Below the pieces are notes generated by a model that was given only the letters and a program-made list of their open reading frames with translations, ran no database searches and was not told where the DNA came from. This document shows, one piece after another, positions 1 to 12,200 of a stretch of DNA of 64,000 bases (position 1 is its first letter; the number at the start of each line of letters is the position of its first letter). This DNA comes from a virus. A program made the position numbers and the translations under genes. The stretch spans positions 31,763 through 95,762 of IMG/VR virus record IMGVR_UViG_3300017917_003766; one strand, written 5' to 3'.

Positions 1-511
1 GACCGTAGCCGCTTGGGAAAACCTTTGCACTGTCTACGCCATCAAATGTATAGTTGTCATAAAGGCTGTAATCAGTTGTCCTCTGCGCATGGCCATACCC
101 CGAAGCAAATGCTTCTGCTGAGGTGACACCATCAAAAACATAATTTGTGTAAAGAGCATATGATCTTGTTTTATCCGAAGCATGCCCGTATCCAGATGTG
201 AATGCTCCAGAAACACCCTTGTAGGTGTGGGGAGCAAATCTAGCGCCATCGTAGCCAACGCCATTGGCCATTGTGCCAGAAAGTGGGTGTACGTACAGCG
301 TAGTGCCATTAAACACCTGTGACAATAGGACATTGCCTGGGTGACGACCTTCGCCTGGAACGTGGTGATTGTCTGGACCACCATCTAAAACACCCTTAGC
401 GAATAGTGGGTAAAAGGAATAGGTGCCAGCAGTACCCTTCCATGGGTTGACCATGTCAGCGCTATTGCGACCCTTAAGGACTGGTCTTGGACCAACATAG
501 AATGTAGCCAT
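1..511 (-). CDS. Virion-associated hypothetical protein with ~31-aa Gly/Tyr-rich repeats (runs off the window edge)
   Basis: ATG at 509-511 preceded by AAGGAG. The frame is open to the window edge: MATFYVGPRPVLKG...FTSGYGHASDKTRSYALYTNYVFDGVTSAEAFASGYGHAQRTTDYSLYDNYTFDGVDSAKVFPSGYG. Not in the ORF track because it has no stop in the window. Confidence 0.85.
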   Translation of the reverse strand, partial: MATFYVGPRPVLKGRNSADMVNPWKGTAGTYSFYPLFAKGVLDGGPDNHHVPGEGRHPGNVLLSQVFNGTTLYVHPLSGTMANGVGYDGARFAPHTYKGVSGAFTSGYGHASDKTRSYALYTNYVFDGVTSAEAFASGYGHAQRTTDYSLYDNYTFDGVDSAKVFPSGYG

Positions 512-541
512 ATTACTTATCTCCTTAGATTGGTTTTTCTA

Positions 542-548
542 TATAGTA
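542..548 (-). promoter_or_regulatory. TACTATA motif (candidate late-promoter -10 element)
   Basis: The same heptamer recurs in intergenic DNA upstream of the starts at 511, 56592, 60849 and 61197. Confidence 0.5.
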
Positions 549-578
549 AAAAGAAATAGGCTTTTTACACTTTTAAAA

Positions 579-1847
579 TTATGTATAATTTACAATTAAA
601 TCAGATAGGACTGGAGCTGTTCCATCTCCAAGTTTATTGAGCGTTACCTCAATCCATACCGAAGTAGATCCAGGAACTGGATCAAGAGTATAGGAGGAGC
701 CCTGCTTATATATTATTCTATAGCTAAAGGCTGTTGAAATTAACTCATCTGGGACATTGTACAGTTTTGGAATCACTTCTTCAATACTTTGTATTGTTGT
801 TTCATCTGGTGCTGTAAATTTGATTATAGTCTTACCAGTATCCAAAAACTTTTGAGATCTGACATCGATATCTGATAGACCATATGTGTAAACATACTTT
901 CCATTTTCAGATATATAGTTTCTTTGTCTAAAAGAAATTCTTACTGCGTTTATTTGCACTGGTGGGAAATAGAATCCAACTGGTCCTGCGTTAAGGATCA
1001 CGTCGTTCCCAACAGTTGACCAACCACCTGGCGGTACCTTACCAACAGCTTCAGTTTGGTTGTTATAGAGTCGATTAAAGTTTAATGGTATCCATTTATC
1101 GTTTGATGTTAATGTTGGATTAACATCAGTTGTATATTCTATAGAAATAATATCTACTCCAAAAATTGGATATGGAATCATCGACAGGAAGTTACTAGCT
1201 GCAGAACCAGAAAATGATGACGGTATTTTTGCATACAGATACATTTGAGCTCCGGCAGCAGATGGTAAATCTGATACTATATTTCTCTTCCAAAACTTAT
1301 CTGAAGACTCTAAAAGAGAATAATAAATTGGAGTTGTGTCAATTAATGCGTTTGCTGTATCAACTCCAATGAAACTATTATCGACTTTCATTTCCAAAAA
1401 GTCTGGGATAACTTGTGTTCCAGCTGAATCAAAAAACTTTATCTTTGAATGAGAAGAACCCTGTACTTTTGGAAGAGTTATTATATTATATATATAATCA
1501 AAGCTAAGCGCATCAGTACTGCTAATCGCAAATGTTGGATCTGATATAAAAGATCCTACGTCTATTTGTGAATAGTTATAGATTGAAAGTTTCTTATAAC
1601 CAGATTCTGATTCATATTCAAGAGCCTTTACTCTATCTTCTAAATCCAAAACGGCCATTGAAAGGAAGTGGTGATCCTTAAGAACACGCTCAAATGCCTC
1701 AGCTAATTTCTGATCTAAAATCCCAGACCTGTTATAAAGGTGAACCAAATCCCTATAGTTCTGTTCTGCCCTCAAATTAAAGTCTGCGCTGTTTACTGGA
1801 CCATTGTATTGAATCGTAGTGTTTTCTGAATTTAAAAAGTCTGACAT
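579..1847 (-). CDS. Virion structural protein (baseplate/tail-associated paralog family)
   Basis: 422-aa ORF: N-terminal helical segment, then beta-rich domains ending APVLSDLIVNYT, similar to the C-termini of neighbouring genes. Located in the baseplate module. Confidence 0.6.
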   Translation of the reverse strand: MSDFLNSENTTIQYNGPVNSADFNLRAEQNYRDLVHLYNRSGILDQKLAEAFERVLKDHHFLSMAVLDLEDRVKALEYESESGYKKLSIYNYSQIDVGSFISDPTFAISSTDALSFDYIYNIITLPKVQGSSHSKIKFFDSAGTQVIPDFLEMKVDNSFIGVDTANALIDTTPIYYSLLESSDKFWKRNIVSDLPSAAGAQMYLYAKIPSSFSGSAASNFLSMIPYPIFGVDIISIEYTTDVNPTLTSNDKWIPLNFNRLYNNQTEAVGKVPPGGWSTVGNDVILNAGPVGFYFPPVQINAVRISFRQRNYISENGKYVYTYGLSDIDVRSQKFLDTGKTIIKFTAPDETTIQSIEEVIPKLYNVPDELISTAFSYRIIYKQGSSYTLDPVPGSTSVWIEVTLNKLGDGTAPVLSDLIVNYT

Positions 1848-1848
1848 A

Positions 1849-2283
1849 TTACTTAACTCGTCTTTCTAGTTGATTAATTTTAAAATTTAATTTAGCGAGC
1901 TTTGCTGCTATTGAATTTGTTGTATACAAATTGCTAGATTCATCTGAAATTGATGGTGTTGCGTGCGCTTTGGCGTTAAAGAAAGATACCGAGTCATCAG
2001 TTAAATCATAGTACTTTGCGCCAAAATAACTAGATCCTTCCTCTACATCAGTCTTGTGAGTATCTGAAGTCTCTGCCCCAATAATGTATTTAACTTTATT
2101 AAATATTTTTGTATTTATTAATTCTAACTCAATGTATATTCTTTGTATATCCATATACATTTTTTGATAGAAAAGGTTTTCTATTGCACTTTTTCTTACA
2201 CCCCTATAGTACAAACGAATTCTCCTAGAAAGTGGTTGTCTTACAATTTTCTTCTGTTTAGGATCTTGATATGCAATCGGCAT
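1849..2283 (-). CDS. Hypothetical virion protein
   Basis: 144-aa ORF, 1-3 nt from its neighbours; coiled-coil-like ends. Confidence 0.65.
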   Translation of the reverse strand: MPIAYQDPKQKKIVRQPLSRRIRLYYRGVRKSAIENLFYQKMYMDIQRIYIELELINTKIFNKVKYIIGAETSDTHKTDVEEGSSYFGAKYYDLTDDSVSFFNAKAHATPSISDESSNLYTTNSIAAKLAKLNFKINQLERRVK

Positions 2284-2286
2284 ACT

Positions 2287-4479
2287 TTATGCTACCTGTT
2301 CATCTTCTAATTGTTGATTATTTTTAAATTTTACAGTAAACGAGTCTATTGCTGGAGATCCTATTGGGTTTTGAGACCTAGATATGTCAGCTCTTACCCT
2401 AATCGCTTCAACTTTGTTTGGATTATTAGTAAGGTAAAAAATCCTAGAGTTTGATCTAATGTCAGATCTACTGAAGATTTCTTTATTGCCAAAGAAGTTT
2501 TCTATTGTAAACACGTAATCGTATACAGACCTGTTCTTTTTAAATTCTAGTGGATCTACATAACTATAGTAATCTAAATAAACAAGGCCATAATCTGATA
2601 GGTTTTTATCGTCCATCAATGTTATACTTCCATTTGCACTTTCTTCGGCGTCTATGGCAACCCTTACTATATTTAAACCTTCTTTGAAATTCCACTCTAT
2701 AGTCTCTGATAGTTGACCAGATGGAATAAAAGTAGGCTTTCCATTTATATAAACAGCCACGTTCCAATCTTTAGATATGCCATCATTTTTGATAAATAGA
2801 TGTCTCACTGTTTTTTCTGAAGAGCAAAGTATTTTAGTTTCCAAAAGAATACTTATTCCAGAAACATTAGGTCCAACAAAAAAGGTTGACCCAGAAGAAA
2901 CGTCGTATGATGGTATTTTATATAACTGTTTAATACTAGATCTTCCAGAAATAATTGAATCCCAAGTAGAAAGTCCATCAAGTTCATTATAAATCTTATT
3001 GGTATAATTTATATAGTATCCATTAACTAAACCAGTACCAGATAATATATATGAGTTATACGGATCATCTAAGGAGTCAATTTTTGCTATTCTGTAGATA
3101 GTTTGATCTTGATATAGATCAATTGTTGGATTTTGTTGATTGACATTAGAGGTATCTGTTTTTGCAGCAAGGGGTATCTTTTGTAGCTCAGTTTGTGGAT
3201 TTGTAACTTGATCCACTATCTTTTTTGATTTTAGATAGGTTCCCTCAAATGATACAGTGTTTGGGTAAGGGGATATAGAATCGGCCTTTGCCGAAATAGG
3301 CTGCCAACTAAAATCAGACAAGATTTGGGCTGATGGATTGTCTTCTGCAATAAAATAGGAGATATTTCCATTTTCAAAACCAGATTCATTTACCGAGAGC
3401 ATTACTGAGTCAATGGCTAAATTTTTGTTATCCTTTGTCTTAAGACTTATCGGTTTGCTGACATAAGTTGCAGATCTATCATGATACTTGCCAGATATTG
3501 AAATATCTCTAATTCCATATCGATAGGCATACTTGTCTTTTTTGTTTTCTTCTATATAATCTGGTTCAGATTTAAGAAGAAATATATCTATAGATCCTAT
3601 ATCTCCAGCTTCAAAATTAAAAGAAAATCTATCATAATCTTTTGAAGATTTTTTGTTAAAAACTGTACTTGTCTTTTGCGGATCAGCATAATTAATTCTG
3701 CAGTAGATGTCAACTGGAGAAATTGTGTTAAGCTTTCCAGATATATTAGATAAAACCACATTTTTATTTATCGGTAGATTCAAGGAGAATGTAACTAATC
3801 CAATAGAATCAAAATTAAATGTCTTTTGCCATTCTGTATTTTCTAATCCATCAAAAACAGACGGAAAAAAAGAATCATCAGAAATGGATTGATTTGTGTA
3901 TATTTGATTTTTGTTAAAAGACAAGGAGTATGTTGCCCCGTTTGCTACAACGCTTTTAGCAGATATCAAATCAAAAACAGCTGAGCTGAGTGTTGGTAGT
4001 CCAACTTTTCCATTTTGTATATCAACAAAAGCCGTTGTAAACTTAAGATCTGTACCGTCCGCTGTTGCAAAACTATCTGTATATGAAGCGTATATGCTGT
4101 CTGAATTTTGATTAACAAATAGTAAATCATCAATTTTATTTTCAAGCTCTATTCTTCTTGCCTTTAGATTCTGCAGCCTCTTATTAAGAGCAGTGGTTAT
4201 CCTCATCATTTCTTCGGCGTTTTCTGCGATGGCGTCGTACAGAACCTCTATATTAAACAGTGTAAATAACATTCTTTGATTAAAAATATCGACATCACTA
4301 GCGTACAACTGCCTAAAAATTTCTGCGTCAAGCGGTATAGGCTGACCAAGTTGATATATGGAAAAATATCTAGAAAAGAAATCTAAAATTTCTGATTCTT
4401 TTGGAATATATCCAGATGAATATAAATTTCTATAAACAACATCTAAAAATTTTTCTTTTTGTATATTTGTTATACTCAT
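2287..4479 (-). CDS. Virion structural protein (baseplate/tail-associated paralog family)
   Basis: 730-aa ORF with an ATGA overlap to the upstream gene; coiled coil followed by YTDSF...VDIQNGKVGLP; ends SPAIDSFTVKF. Confidence 0.65.
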   Translation of the reverse strand: MSITNIQKEKFLDVVYRNLYSSGYIPKESEILDFFSRYFSIYQLGQPIPLDAEIFRQLYASDVDIFNQRMLFTLFNIEVLYDAIAENAEEMMRITTALNKRLQNLKARRIELENKIDDLLFVNQNSDSIYASYTDSFATADGTDLKFTTAFVDIQNGKVGLPTLSSAVFDLISAKSVVANGATYSLSFNKNQIYTNQSISDDSFFPSVFDGLENTEWQKTFNFDSIGLVTFSLNLPINKNVVLSNISGKLNTISPVDIYCRINYADPQKTSTVFNKKSSKDYDRFSFNFEAGDIGSIDIFLLKSEPDYIEENKKDKYAYRYGIRDISISGKYHDRSATYVSKPISLKTKDNKNLAIDSVMLSVNESGFENGNISYFIAEDNPSAQILSDFSWQPISAKADSISPYPNTVSFEGTYLKSKKIVDQVTNPQTELQKIPLAAKTDTSNVNQQNPTIDLYQDQTIYRIAKIDSLDDPYNSYILSGTGLVNGYYINYTNKIYNELDGLSTWDSIISGRSSIKQLYKIPSYDVSSGSTFFVGPNVSGISILLETKILCSSEKTVRHLFIKNDGISKDWNVAVYINGKPTFIPSGQLSETIEWNFKEGLNIVRVAIDAEESANGSITLMDDKNLSDYGLVYLDYYSYVDPLEFKKNRSVYDYVFTIENFFGNKEIFSRSDIRSNSRIFYLTNNPNKVEAIRVRADISRSQNPIGSPAIDSFTVKFKNNQQLEDEQVA

Positions 4480-6615
4480 GTTTGTTCTACTCTTCCCATG
4501 ATCTTATACGAATATAATATCGGACTCGTATTGGAATACTTTGGTTTAAATATTTCTATTTTTACTTTTACACGTTTCGTTTGTGCTGGAATTGTAGGAT
4601 AATTATAATATCCAATTCCTTTTATTTTTTCTCCAGCTTGAGGGAATTCGTTTAATGAAAGTATTTCTGGTATACCTATATATGGATTTTCTATTGGAGA
4701 AATTCTTATCCAATTTTTTGCTTCGTCTAGAGAAACATAAACCTTTATTAAAGACTCATTTTGATTTATTGATGAATAGTCAATTTTTGAATCTAGTGAA
4801 ATCGTCAAATTCTTTACATTGTATGGGAATTCAAAGGTGTTAGATACAAATGACGCAGATGATGAATAAATCTGATAGCCAATATCAATTGATCTTAGGC
4901 CAATGGCAAATCTTTTTGCAGAATAAATTTCGTAGTCTTTTTTCAAATTTATTGTTGCTGTATAAGTCTTTGGGTTAAAAGCCATTTTTATGGCTTCAAC
5001 AGAAATATTTTGAAAATTAGAACTTGACCATTCTCCAGAAGAAATCTTTGACTGTATGTAGTCTTTTATTCTTTCTGCAGCGTCTTTTGACTCTGCTTTC
5101 CATGCGGAATTTACATCAGTAGAGGCTGCTTTTTCTTGTTGTTTTTCTAAAGATTCAAAACCAGTAAAAGAGTTTGTATAGTAATTCTTAACCAACGAAG
5201 AACCAGACTGCCTTTGAAATATTACTGTATATGTATCAGTTTTTTCCTGATCTTTGTAAGTAACATTAATTTGCTTTACGGATAAATCTGATTCATCTTT
5301 ATACATATTTGGTCTAGTTATCTTGGGGACTAGATCATACTGATTATATTGGACTTCATTAAACCCAATAGAACTGAGAGCGCTTGGATCAAATCTACTT
5401 TGCGTGTTTAAAGCGGAGAGTCTTCCGGAAGAAGGAAGCGGTTTCCAGTACATGTGTTTAATCTTAATGTTATTTGAATCATACTGTTCAAAATAAACCT
5501 GTATCTCCGATGTTGTTACTTCTGGAAAAACAATTTTAATTTTATCATAAAAATAATTTTTTGAAGATTCTAAAGTCATTGGTATAGCGGCAGTACCGAC
5601 ATATATCGGTTCACTAATTAAATCAATTTCTTGCGATTCTTGATCAATCGCTACAATCCTGGATACTTTTATCTCTGCAGCTGCAGCTTGATCTGTTCCC
5701 CAAAACGGAATTATATCTAAAGTATTTGCTTTTTGTGGTTTATCCGACTTTATGCTTAAAACTAATTTTAACGGCTCTGTTTCTTTGTGATCAGCCCAAG
5801 ATTTATATTTTACAGATTTGGAACTTTCAGAAACTTCTTCATAAGAATATAAAAATTCATAGTCTTTTGCGCCGTTTGCAAGAATGTCAGACTTTTTAAT
5901 GGATACTGCTTCGTATTCAAAGTATGTTAGTGGATTCGAATCAATAACATTTTGCAGCAATCCAATAGATGCGTTATCTTGATATGAATATTTGTAGCTT
6001 GAATTTACATCAGACTTAACATAAGCTGCGTGGTTATTACCCAAAAATCCGTTTGACTTACTGTCAACAACTGATATAGATTTTGGTTGCCAAATAGAGC
6101 TTGATCTAAACTGGAGAGAAGCTAATCCGATTGGCTATAAGTGGCAGATTTTCGCTGGCAGCTGTATCAATAAAATCTAAGTTATCAAATGAATCGGCAA
6201 AATAAAATAGATCTGTTCCTGGACTATTCGAATACGCATTAAGTATATTTACTTTAGATTTTAGCCTATTGGTAAATCTTAATTCTTTTTCTATTTCTGA
6301 ATTAAACATATTAAAAATAGAAACAATCATTCCCGTCTGATAATCTAATTGTTTTGCTATTATGTTTAAGTCATCTGAAACAGATTGAATAAACTTATTT
6401 ATTTTTTCAGAAGACGGCGGTTCTCCTTTTATTATAGGATTGTATCTAGAAATCTGCGTAAGGCTATATTTATTTATTTCACTGACCAATAAACTATATG
6501 CTTCAGCTATTTCTGAATAAGACGCAGTTTTGTTGTTCTTATATTTTGATATAAATTCTTGAATTTTCTTTATGATTTGATCATAAAAAACTGTATTTGT
6601 AGATAATTGAGCCAT
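4476..6615 (-). CDS. Virion structural protein, ~712 aa, reconstructed with one +1 shift at CGG 6127-6129
   Basis: ORFs 6106..6615 and 4476..6044 join as ...LPLIAN-G-LASLQFRSSSIWQPKSISVVDSKSNGFLGNNHAA. The restored NG aligns with NGKVGLP of paralog 2287..4479. Confidence 0.8.
6126..6129 (-). other. +1 recoding site AAT-CGGA
   Basis: In-frame CGG; the zero frame stops 7 codons later; the +1 frame continues into 4476..6044. Confidence 0.8.
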
Positions 6616-6620
6616 CTTAT

Positions 6621-9269
6621 TTAACCTAACTGAAGTAATTTTTGAACATTAATATCTGGAGATTTAGTTTTCATCTTTATTATAACATTATCAATTGATC
6701 CGCTTGAAAAATAATTGGGAAAATTATTTCTAACTATCAGTCTAAATCTTATATAGTTATTCATATAGTTATATATAACATTAAAAGATTGATTAATGGC
6801 TCTATTGAAGATCAAATTCCTACCATTTTGAAAGAACAGTACTTCTGATGTATTGTAAAAATCTGCTTTTTCAAAATTTCCATCTAGATAATTAGTAAGG
6901 TTAATTCCATATGTTCCATCTGCAAATTTTACGGTAACTGGATTGTATCCAGCATATGCTGGTTCTGCTATAGTTCCATATGTACGACTATAGGTGGCGT
7001 TTTTTACTTTTGTTTTATCTACAAATGGATTATTCTTTAATAAAACTTTATTTTCTGAACCTGTTCTCCTAAAGAATTCGCCATCTTTACCGCCTTCTCC
7101 TGCGCCAAGTATTTTTACTGCATCAGAAAGAACAGATATATCTATATATTGTTGAGAGTAGTTTTTTGTATCAAGATCATAACTTGCTACATATACAGAG
7201 CTCTTTTTAAAATTTGGAATTGTTACAGATTTATCAAATTTATTTAAAATATACTGATCTGTCGACATGAGTTTTTGATTTTCATATACCCTCAAAGAGG
7301 TTGATTCTGGATAAAATCGAAGTTGAGCGGACAATGAAACTGGATCAACAAAAAGCATTTCAGCCGAAACTGAACTTGAGTCATAAGATGCTATTGGTAT
7401 CCAGTCTTTTTCCTCATTGGGACTCTCAACAAAGGCAATAGACAACTCATAGGAGTTGGGCTGTTGTAGTTCAAACGATGTTGAATTATAACTTGAAGCA
7501 TTTGTGTCAATATTGAGTTTTGCTTTTACTCCATACACATCGCCTGGAACTTGTATTCTAGAGCTTATAAACGATGCTTTTGATAATGATAAAGACTTGC
7601 TATTTGAGGTTATTCCATTTACTTTTCCAAACTGAATATTTTTTATTGAAAAAGAATACTCATAATTGCTTAAAGAAGAAAAGTCATTATTATACAGTGG
7701 TGTTCTACCAAATTTACTACCTGGAATCAGCTGATCAGTTGAGTTATCAAAATTTTTGTAACCTAACATATTTGAATTATTTTTTATTGATGAAGGAGCA
7801 CTGGATATTTCACCCAAACGAACATCGGTATAAGCAGATCTTGTATCTTTAAATAAAGAATTTTTAAAGACATTCATTCTTGAACTTAAAGCCTGGGATA
7901 CTATTCCCTGAACTAGCATCGTTAAAGGACTATTTTGAAAAATCTTATCCTGATCATCAACACTTGTAATGTTATTTTTTTCTTTATAAAATAAATTCTC
8001 AATTATTGATGGATGGTTTTTATCATAAACTGGGAATTTAGACGTGTAGTAATCTGAGTATGAATACTCGTTTCTCTTAAATTCGTCTATAGAAACATCT
8101 CTTCTGAAGTATTCTATAACAATATCTTGAAGAACGCTATATTTATTTTTTCTAGTGGATCTTGATTTAGATATATATTCTGATATTGACCTGGATATTA
8201 ACTCGTCAATTAATGGTAAATTATTGGACTTTGTATATGTTGATTGATTAAATATTAGTATTATTTTTTTAACTTTATCTAAAGGTATATTTATATCAAT
8301 AGTAGAATTAATCATAAGTGGTTGTTTTAAGATTTTCTTTATCTGATATCCAGAAACTGGATTGTTAGAATTGAGCGTAAATATCTTTTCTGCCGAATTA
8401 GCTGATTCTATAGCAACTTGAAGTAGTTGTAGGCCGTTACTTTCTCCTGGAAAAATTCTTATAAAGTCCATTTCTGTTTCTTTGATTAAAGAAATTTCCA
8501 TTATGGTTTTTGCACCAACTATGTATGAATGATCATAATCTATATACTTAGATATTTCTTCTATTGAAGAAGTAATAACTACTGGGGACTTAATTGAAAC
8601 ACTCCATGTATCAGAGTCGTCTTCATTGAAGAGACTACTCGCATCGTTTTGCGAAGACAGATACTGTTTATAATTTGATGTAATGTTAACTTCTTTTATA
8701 TTGTCAACTACATTTATTATCTCAATCCCTGAACCAATCTTAAATGTAGAAGAAACTGGATCGACATATCCGTTTCCATTATCCGAAAATGCTAATCCAC
8801 CCCTGTCAACATATGAAACTTTTTGAGAATCATATTCATTAGATTTAAGATTATTATCAAAATTTTCTATATAAGAGAAATTATAAAGGTCATCTTTTCC
8901 AGATATAAATTCATAGTTATTAATATAGTTTTCGTAGTAAGCAATTGCTTTTTCATTTTTTGCTATTTGCGACAACATTATTTCAGTCATTGAGTTTATT
9001 ACTGTATTGATTGAGTTTGACGCATCAAAAAATCTAGAAAATCTTATTTCAAAGTCTCTAAAAAAATCTACAAAAAACTCTGATCTAATTAATTCTCTAG
9101 AAATAGATAATCTTGGGAGAAAAGTTGGACCAGAAGAAAAATTACTTAAATTTCTTACTAGCTCTGCGACTTGCGCTTTATCTACTTTTATATCCCTAAT
9201 CAAAGAACCAACTGTTCTCTGAGAGTTTTCTGAAAATGTTTTTATTGTTTCAGGAAGAAAATTTAACAT
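6621..9269 (-). CDS. Virion structural protein (baseplate/tail-associated paralog family)
   Basis: 882-aa ORF; helical N-terminus then YIENFD...GYVDP motif; tightly packed. Confidence 0.65.
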   Translation of the reverse strand: MLNFLPETIKTFSENSQRTVGSLIRDIKVDKAQVAELVRNLSNFSSGPTFLPRLSISRELIRSEFFVDFFRDFEIRFSRFFDASNSINTVINSMTEIMLSQIAKNEKAIAYYENYINNYEFISGKDDLYNFSYIENFDNNLKSNEYDSQKVSYVDRGGLAFSDNGNGYVDPVSSTFKIGSGIEIINVVDNIKEVNITSNYKQYLSSQNDASSLFNEDDSDTWSVSIKSPVVITSSIEEISKYIDYDHSYIVGAKTIMEISLIKETEMDFIRIFPGESNGLQLLQVAIESANSAEKIFTLNSNNPVSGYQIKKILKQPLMINSTIDINIPLDKVKKIILIFNQSTYTKSNNLPLIDELISRSISEYISKSRSTRKNKYSVLQDIVIEYFRRDVSIDEFKRNEYSYSDYYTSKFPVYDKNHPSIIENLFYKEKNNITSVDDQDKIFQNSPLTMLVQGIVSQALSSRMNVFKNSLFKDTRSAYTDVRLGEISSAPSSIKNNSNMLGYKNFDNSTDQLIPGSKFGRTPLYNNDFSSLSNYEYSFSIKNIQFGKVNGITSNSKSLSLSKASFISSRIQVPGDVYGVKAKLNIDTNASSYNSTSFELQQPNSYELSIAFVESPNEEKDWIPIASYDSSSVSAEMLFVDPVSLSAQLRFYPESTSLRVYENQKLMSTDQYILNKFDKSVTIPNFKKSSVYVASYDLDTKNYSQQYIDISVLSDAVKILGAGEGGKDGEFFRRTGSENKVLLKNNPFVDKTKVKNATYSRTYGTIAEPAYAGYNPVTVKFADGTYGINLTNYLDGNFEKADFYNTSEVLFFQNGRNLIFNRAINQSFNVIYNYMNNYIRFRLIVRNNFPNYFSSGSIDNVIIKMKTKSPDINVQKLLQLG

Positions 9270-9272
9270 ATC

Positions 9273-12200
9273 TTATATACTACCCCAGTCATTACCTTCC
9301 ATATCCTGTATTTTAAATACAACACCGGCAGTAATGTTTTTTCTTATTATTGAATATACATCTTGTTTATTCATAAAGTTATCTAGTACAGTCCTTGGAA
9401 TCTTTATAATAACAAATCCACCTTTTGGATAGGCTTGTTGATCTGGAGGATATACATCCCAAAATGACATTGCCTCTTTTGCTTCTTTAAAAACCTTTTC
9501 TATATCCAAAGATCCATAAGATTCTACATTAATAGACTTATCAAACGTTGACTTGATGCCGCCACCTTTAATTCTTAAATCTATTAAATCAATTCCAGAT
9601 TCTGGAGTATTTTTTAGAACATGTATTAATCCTATTTGTATTGCAAGTGGATCATAATTAATACTATCATATGGATTAAATATATCATTATTATAAGTAA
9701 AGTGCACTACTCCACTAAATTCATACTCGCCTACGTGATCCCATGAATAAATATTTTCGCTAGAATAGTTTTTAACTTCTACTTTAGATGGTTTAATATA
9801 AATATAAAGAGGTTTTTCTGGTTCAATAGAATCTTGATTCAAGAATGGATTGATTGGAATCGGAACTCCATTTACGTGTTTTATTGGTATACCACTAGCT
9901 TTCACAGCGTAAGAAACTCTTGTTAAGTTTGGATTCTGATCTAAGTCTTTCAATAGGTCAACTATTCCAGTATCGCAATTTATGTTTCTTATATATGATG
10001 AATCCAAAACTTCCCAATCACTAGATTCATCTTTCCTAATTTCAATAAATATATACTGTTTTAAAATGCCTATTTTATTTACAGAGGGTTCAACATATGA
10101 TGCTATTGGTACTTGTGAAAGTTGTATCTTTCTTGAAGAAAGAAAATTCGGATACTCATTAAGTACATCTACGTATGGCTGCCCAAGTATTTGTGACCAC
10201 AAAACATTATCTATATCTAACGTAGAATAAGTTGCTCTTAGTATTTTATTATTATAGTTCTGAAGCCAACCAACCGAACCAAATTCTGGATCAATATATG
10301 TTTCTTTTACGAATGATCCAGACGTGATATACAGTGGCCATTGATCAAACTTAGACAGATTAGGTGGAATAGAAGAAAGAGATATTCTTGAAGACGGTAT
10401 ATATGTTGCGTGATATATAGGGCATGCTATTTTAACTGGAGCACTGGGTGGAGTAATGGTTGAAGTTGTTTTTGCGCCCAAGAAATCTGATCCGCCAACA
10501 TTACCATCGGCATCCACTGCCAAAACACCAATGTAAATATTTTCCGGTCCTCTTGATATATAATCTATATAGTAAAGCGTTTTACCAAGAAATTCTTTAG
10601 CGGAAACATCATAGAAGCCATAAATAACACCACCGTTATCTGCAATTTCGTTTTGCAGTACAAAGGCACCGTAGTCAATATTAAATTCAGAATTTGTTGA
10701 AGAATTACTTACAAAAGATTGTAAGTCTATACCATATGGTTTACCAAGTTTATCTGCAGCCGATGATGGCTGGCACAAAAGTAGCAAACCGTCTAAGGCG
10801 GTAACTGAATTTTTTGTTTTCTGGATGACTGATCCATCAGCCTTTAGTAGCCAATAGTTATTAAGAACAGTTGTGTCGCTTTTTGTAACATTTGAATTTT
10901 GATATATTAAAGATGAGGTCTCAAAAAATAACTTGTTTCCACTTTCTGATATATTTATAGATGAAGAGCTTATTGGATTTTTTGTTGCAGAAACAACATT
11001 GGAAACAGAAAGTGTTGATGGATTTATAGAAATAGTTTTTGCTGAAGTTAAATCGATTGTAATGGACTCGTCCTTGTATGTTGGTGTTGCGCCTGCGGTC
11101 AAATCGCTAAATCTTGAAAATGGTGGACTGTATGCCGTAGAGCTGAAATCAATTTTTGTAGTCGTTAAATCGATGGTAGATGTTCCAGAGAATGTTGGAT
11201 ATACGATAGACAATGGCTCTGTGGTAAACTTAACTGATTTTACGCCACTTAAATCTATTATTTCTGCTTTGTTTGGAGATATGTTTTCTATCTTTCCGAG
11301 ATATTCTATATTTAATAATAGCTGGTTTTGTCATTGAAATTAAATTATAACCAGTTTGTTCTGGGGAAAGGATCGCTTTATCCTGCCATTGTTTAAAAGC
11401 GTCTTTTGTTTTTCCTTTAAATGAAATATTAAAAGTAATTTTATTAATTGCGTATCCTTCCGCAAAAGACCCAAAACTGCCACCAAGAAGACTTCCTTTT
11501 AGCCTTAGAGAAACAACACCGCAATCAGCAAGGGGTTTTTTAATATCCATCTTTATTGTTGATAAAGAATAAGCTGTAGTCGATTTTATCAGCTGCGATT
11601 TTGCGTAGTTCATAGAATTGGTTGCGGAATCGTAGGCGTAAGACTTTGCTTCAATTATGCTTATTCCCTTATAGCTAGCAGACTTTGCAAAACGTCCGAC
11701 TTCTATAGATATACTGTTAACCATTACATCTTTAATTCTTGTTGCATCCCTGTATATTTCTGGAATAGCAACATAAATAGTATCTACGATTTGACTAGGT
11801 CCAGAGGTGCCAGTGTATGTAATTTTTTGAAAACTTAGATCAGTATTTACAAGCTCCCATATTTCTACAGCAGTAGCTGCATTTTGAATATATGGAATGA
11901 CATCCTTGTTTGAGCCCCCCTGTATTCTTTCTATAACGGCATTGTATCTAGCCGAATCGGTCTGCAGCATTTTTTTCCAAACTTCTCTAGCAAATAGAGA
12001 CTTTGTTTCGCTGTCAATTATTCCATCTTTTAGTCTGGCTTTATATTCTTGTTGGAATTTTATAACGGCACTTTTTGTTGCTTGATCGAATGATCTATTA
12101 AGCGGACATTCAAGCAGTGAGCTATTGGTTAATTTTGCTTCTCTTAAAGTTATCTGTATATATGCTATATACGCCGATAACATTCCGTGAAGCTCCCATT

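Noticed and set aside
34-384. 116-aa ORF in the track
   Set aside because: It is a shadow frame. The real gene starts at 511 with an RBS, in a different frame, and runs off the window.
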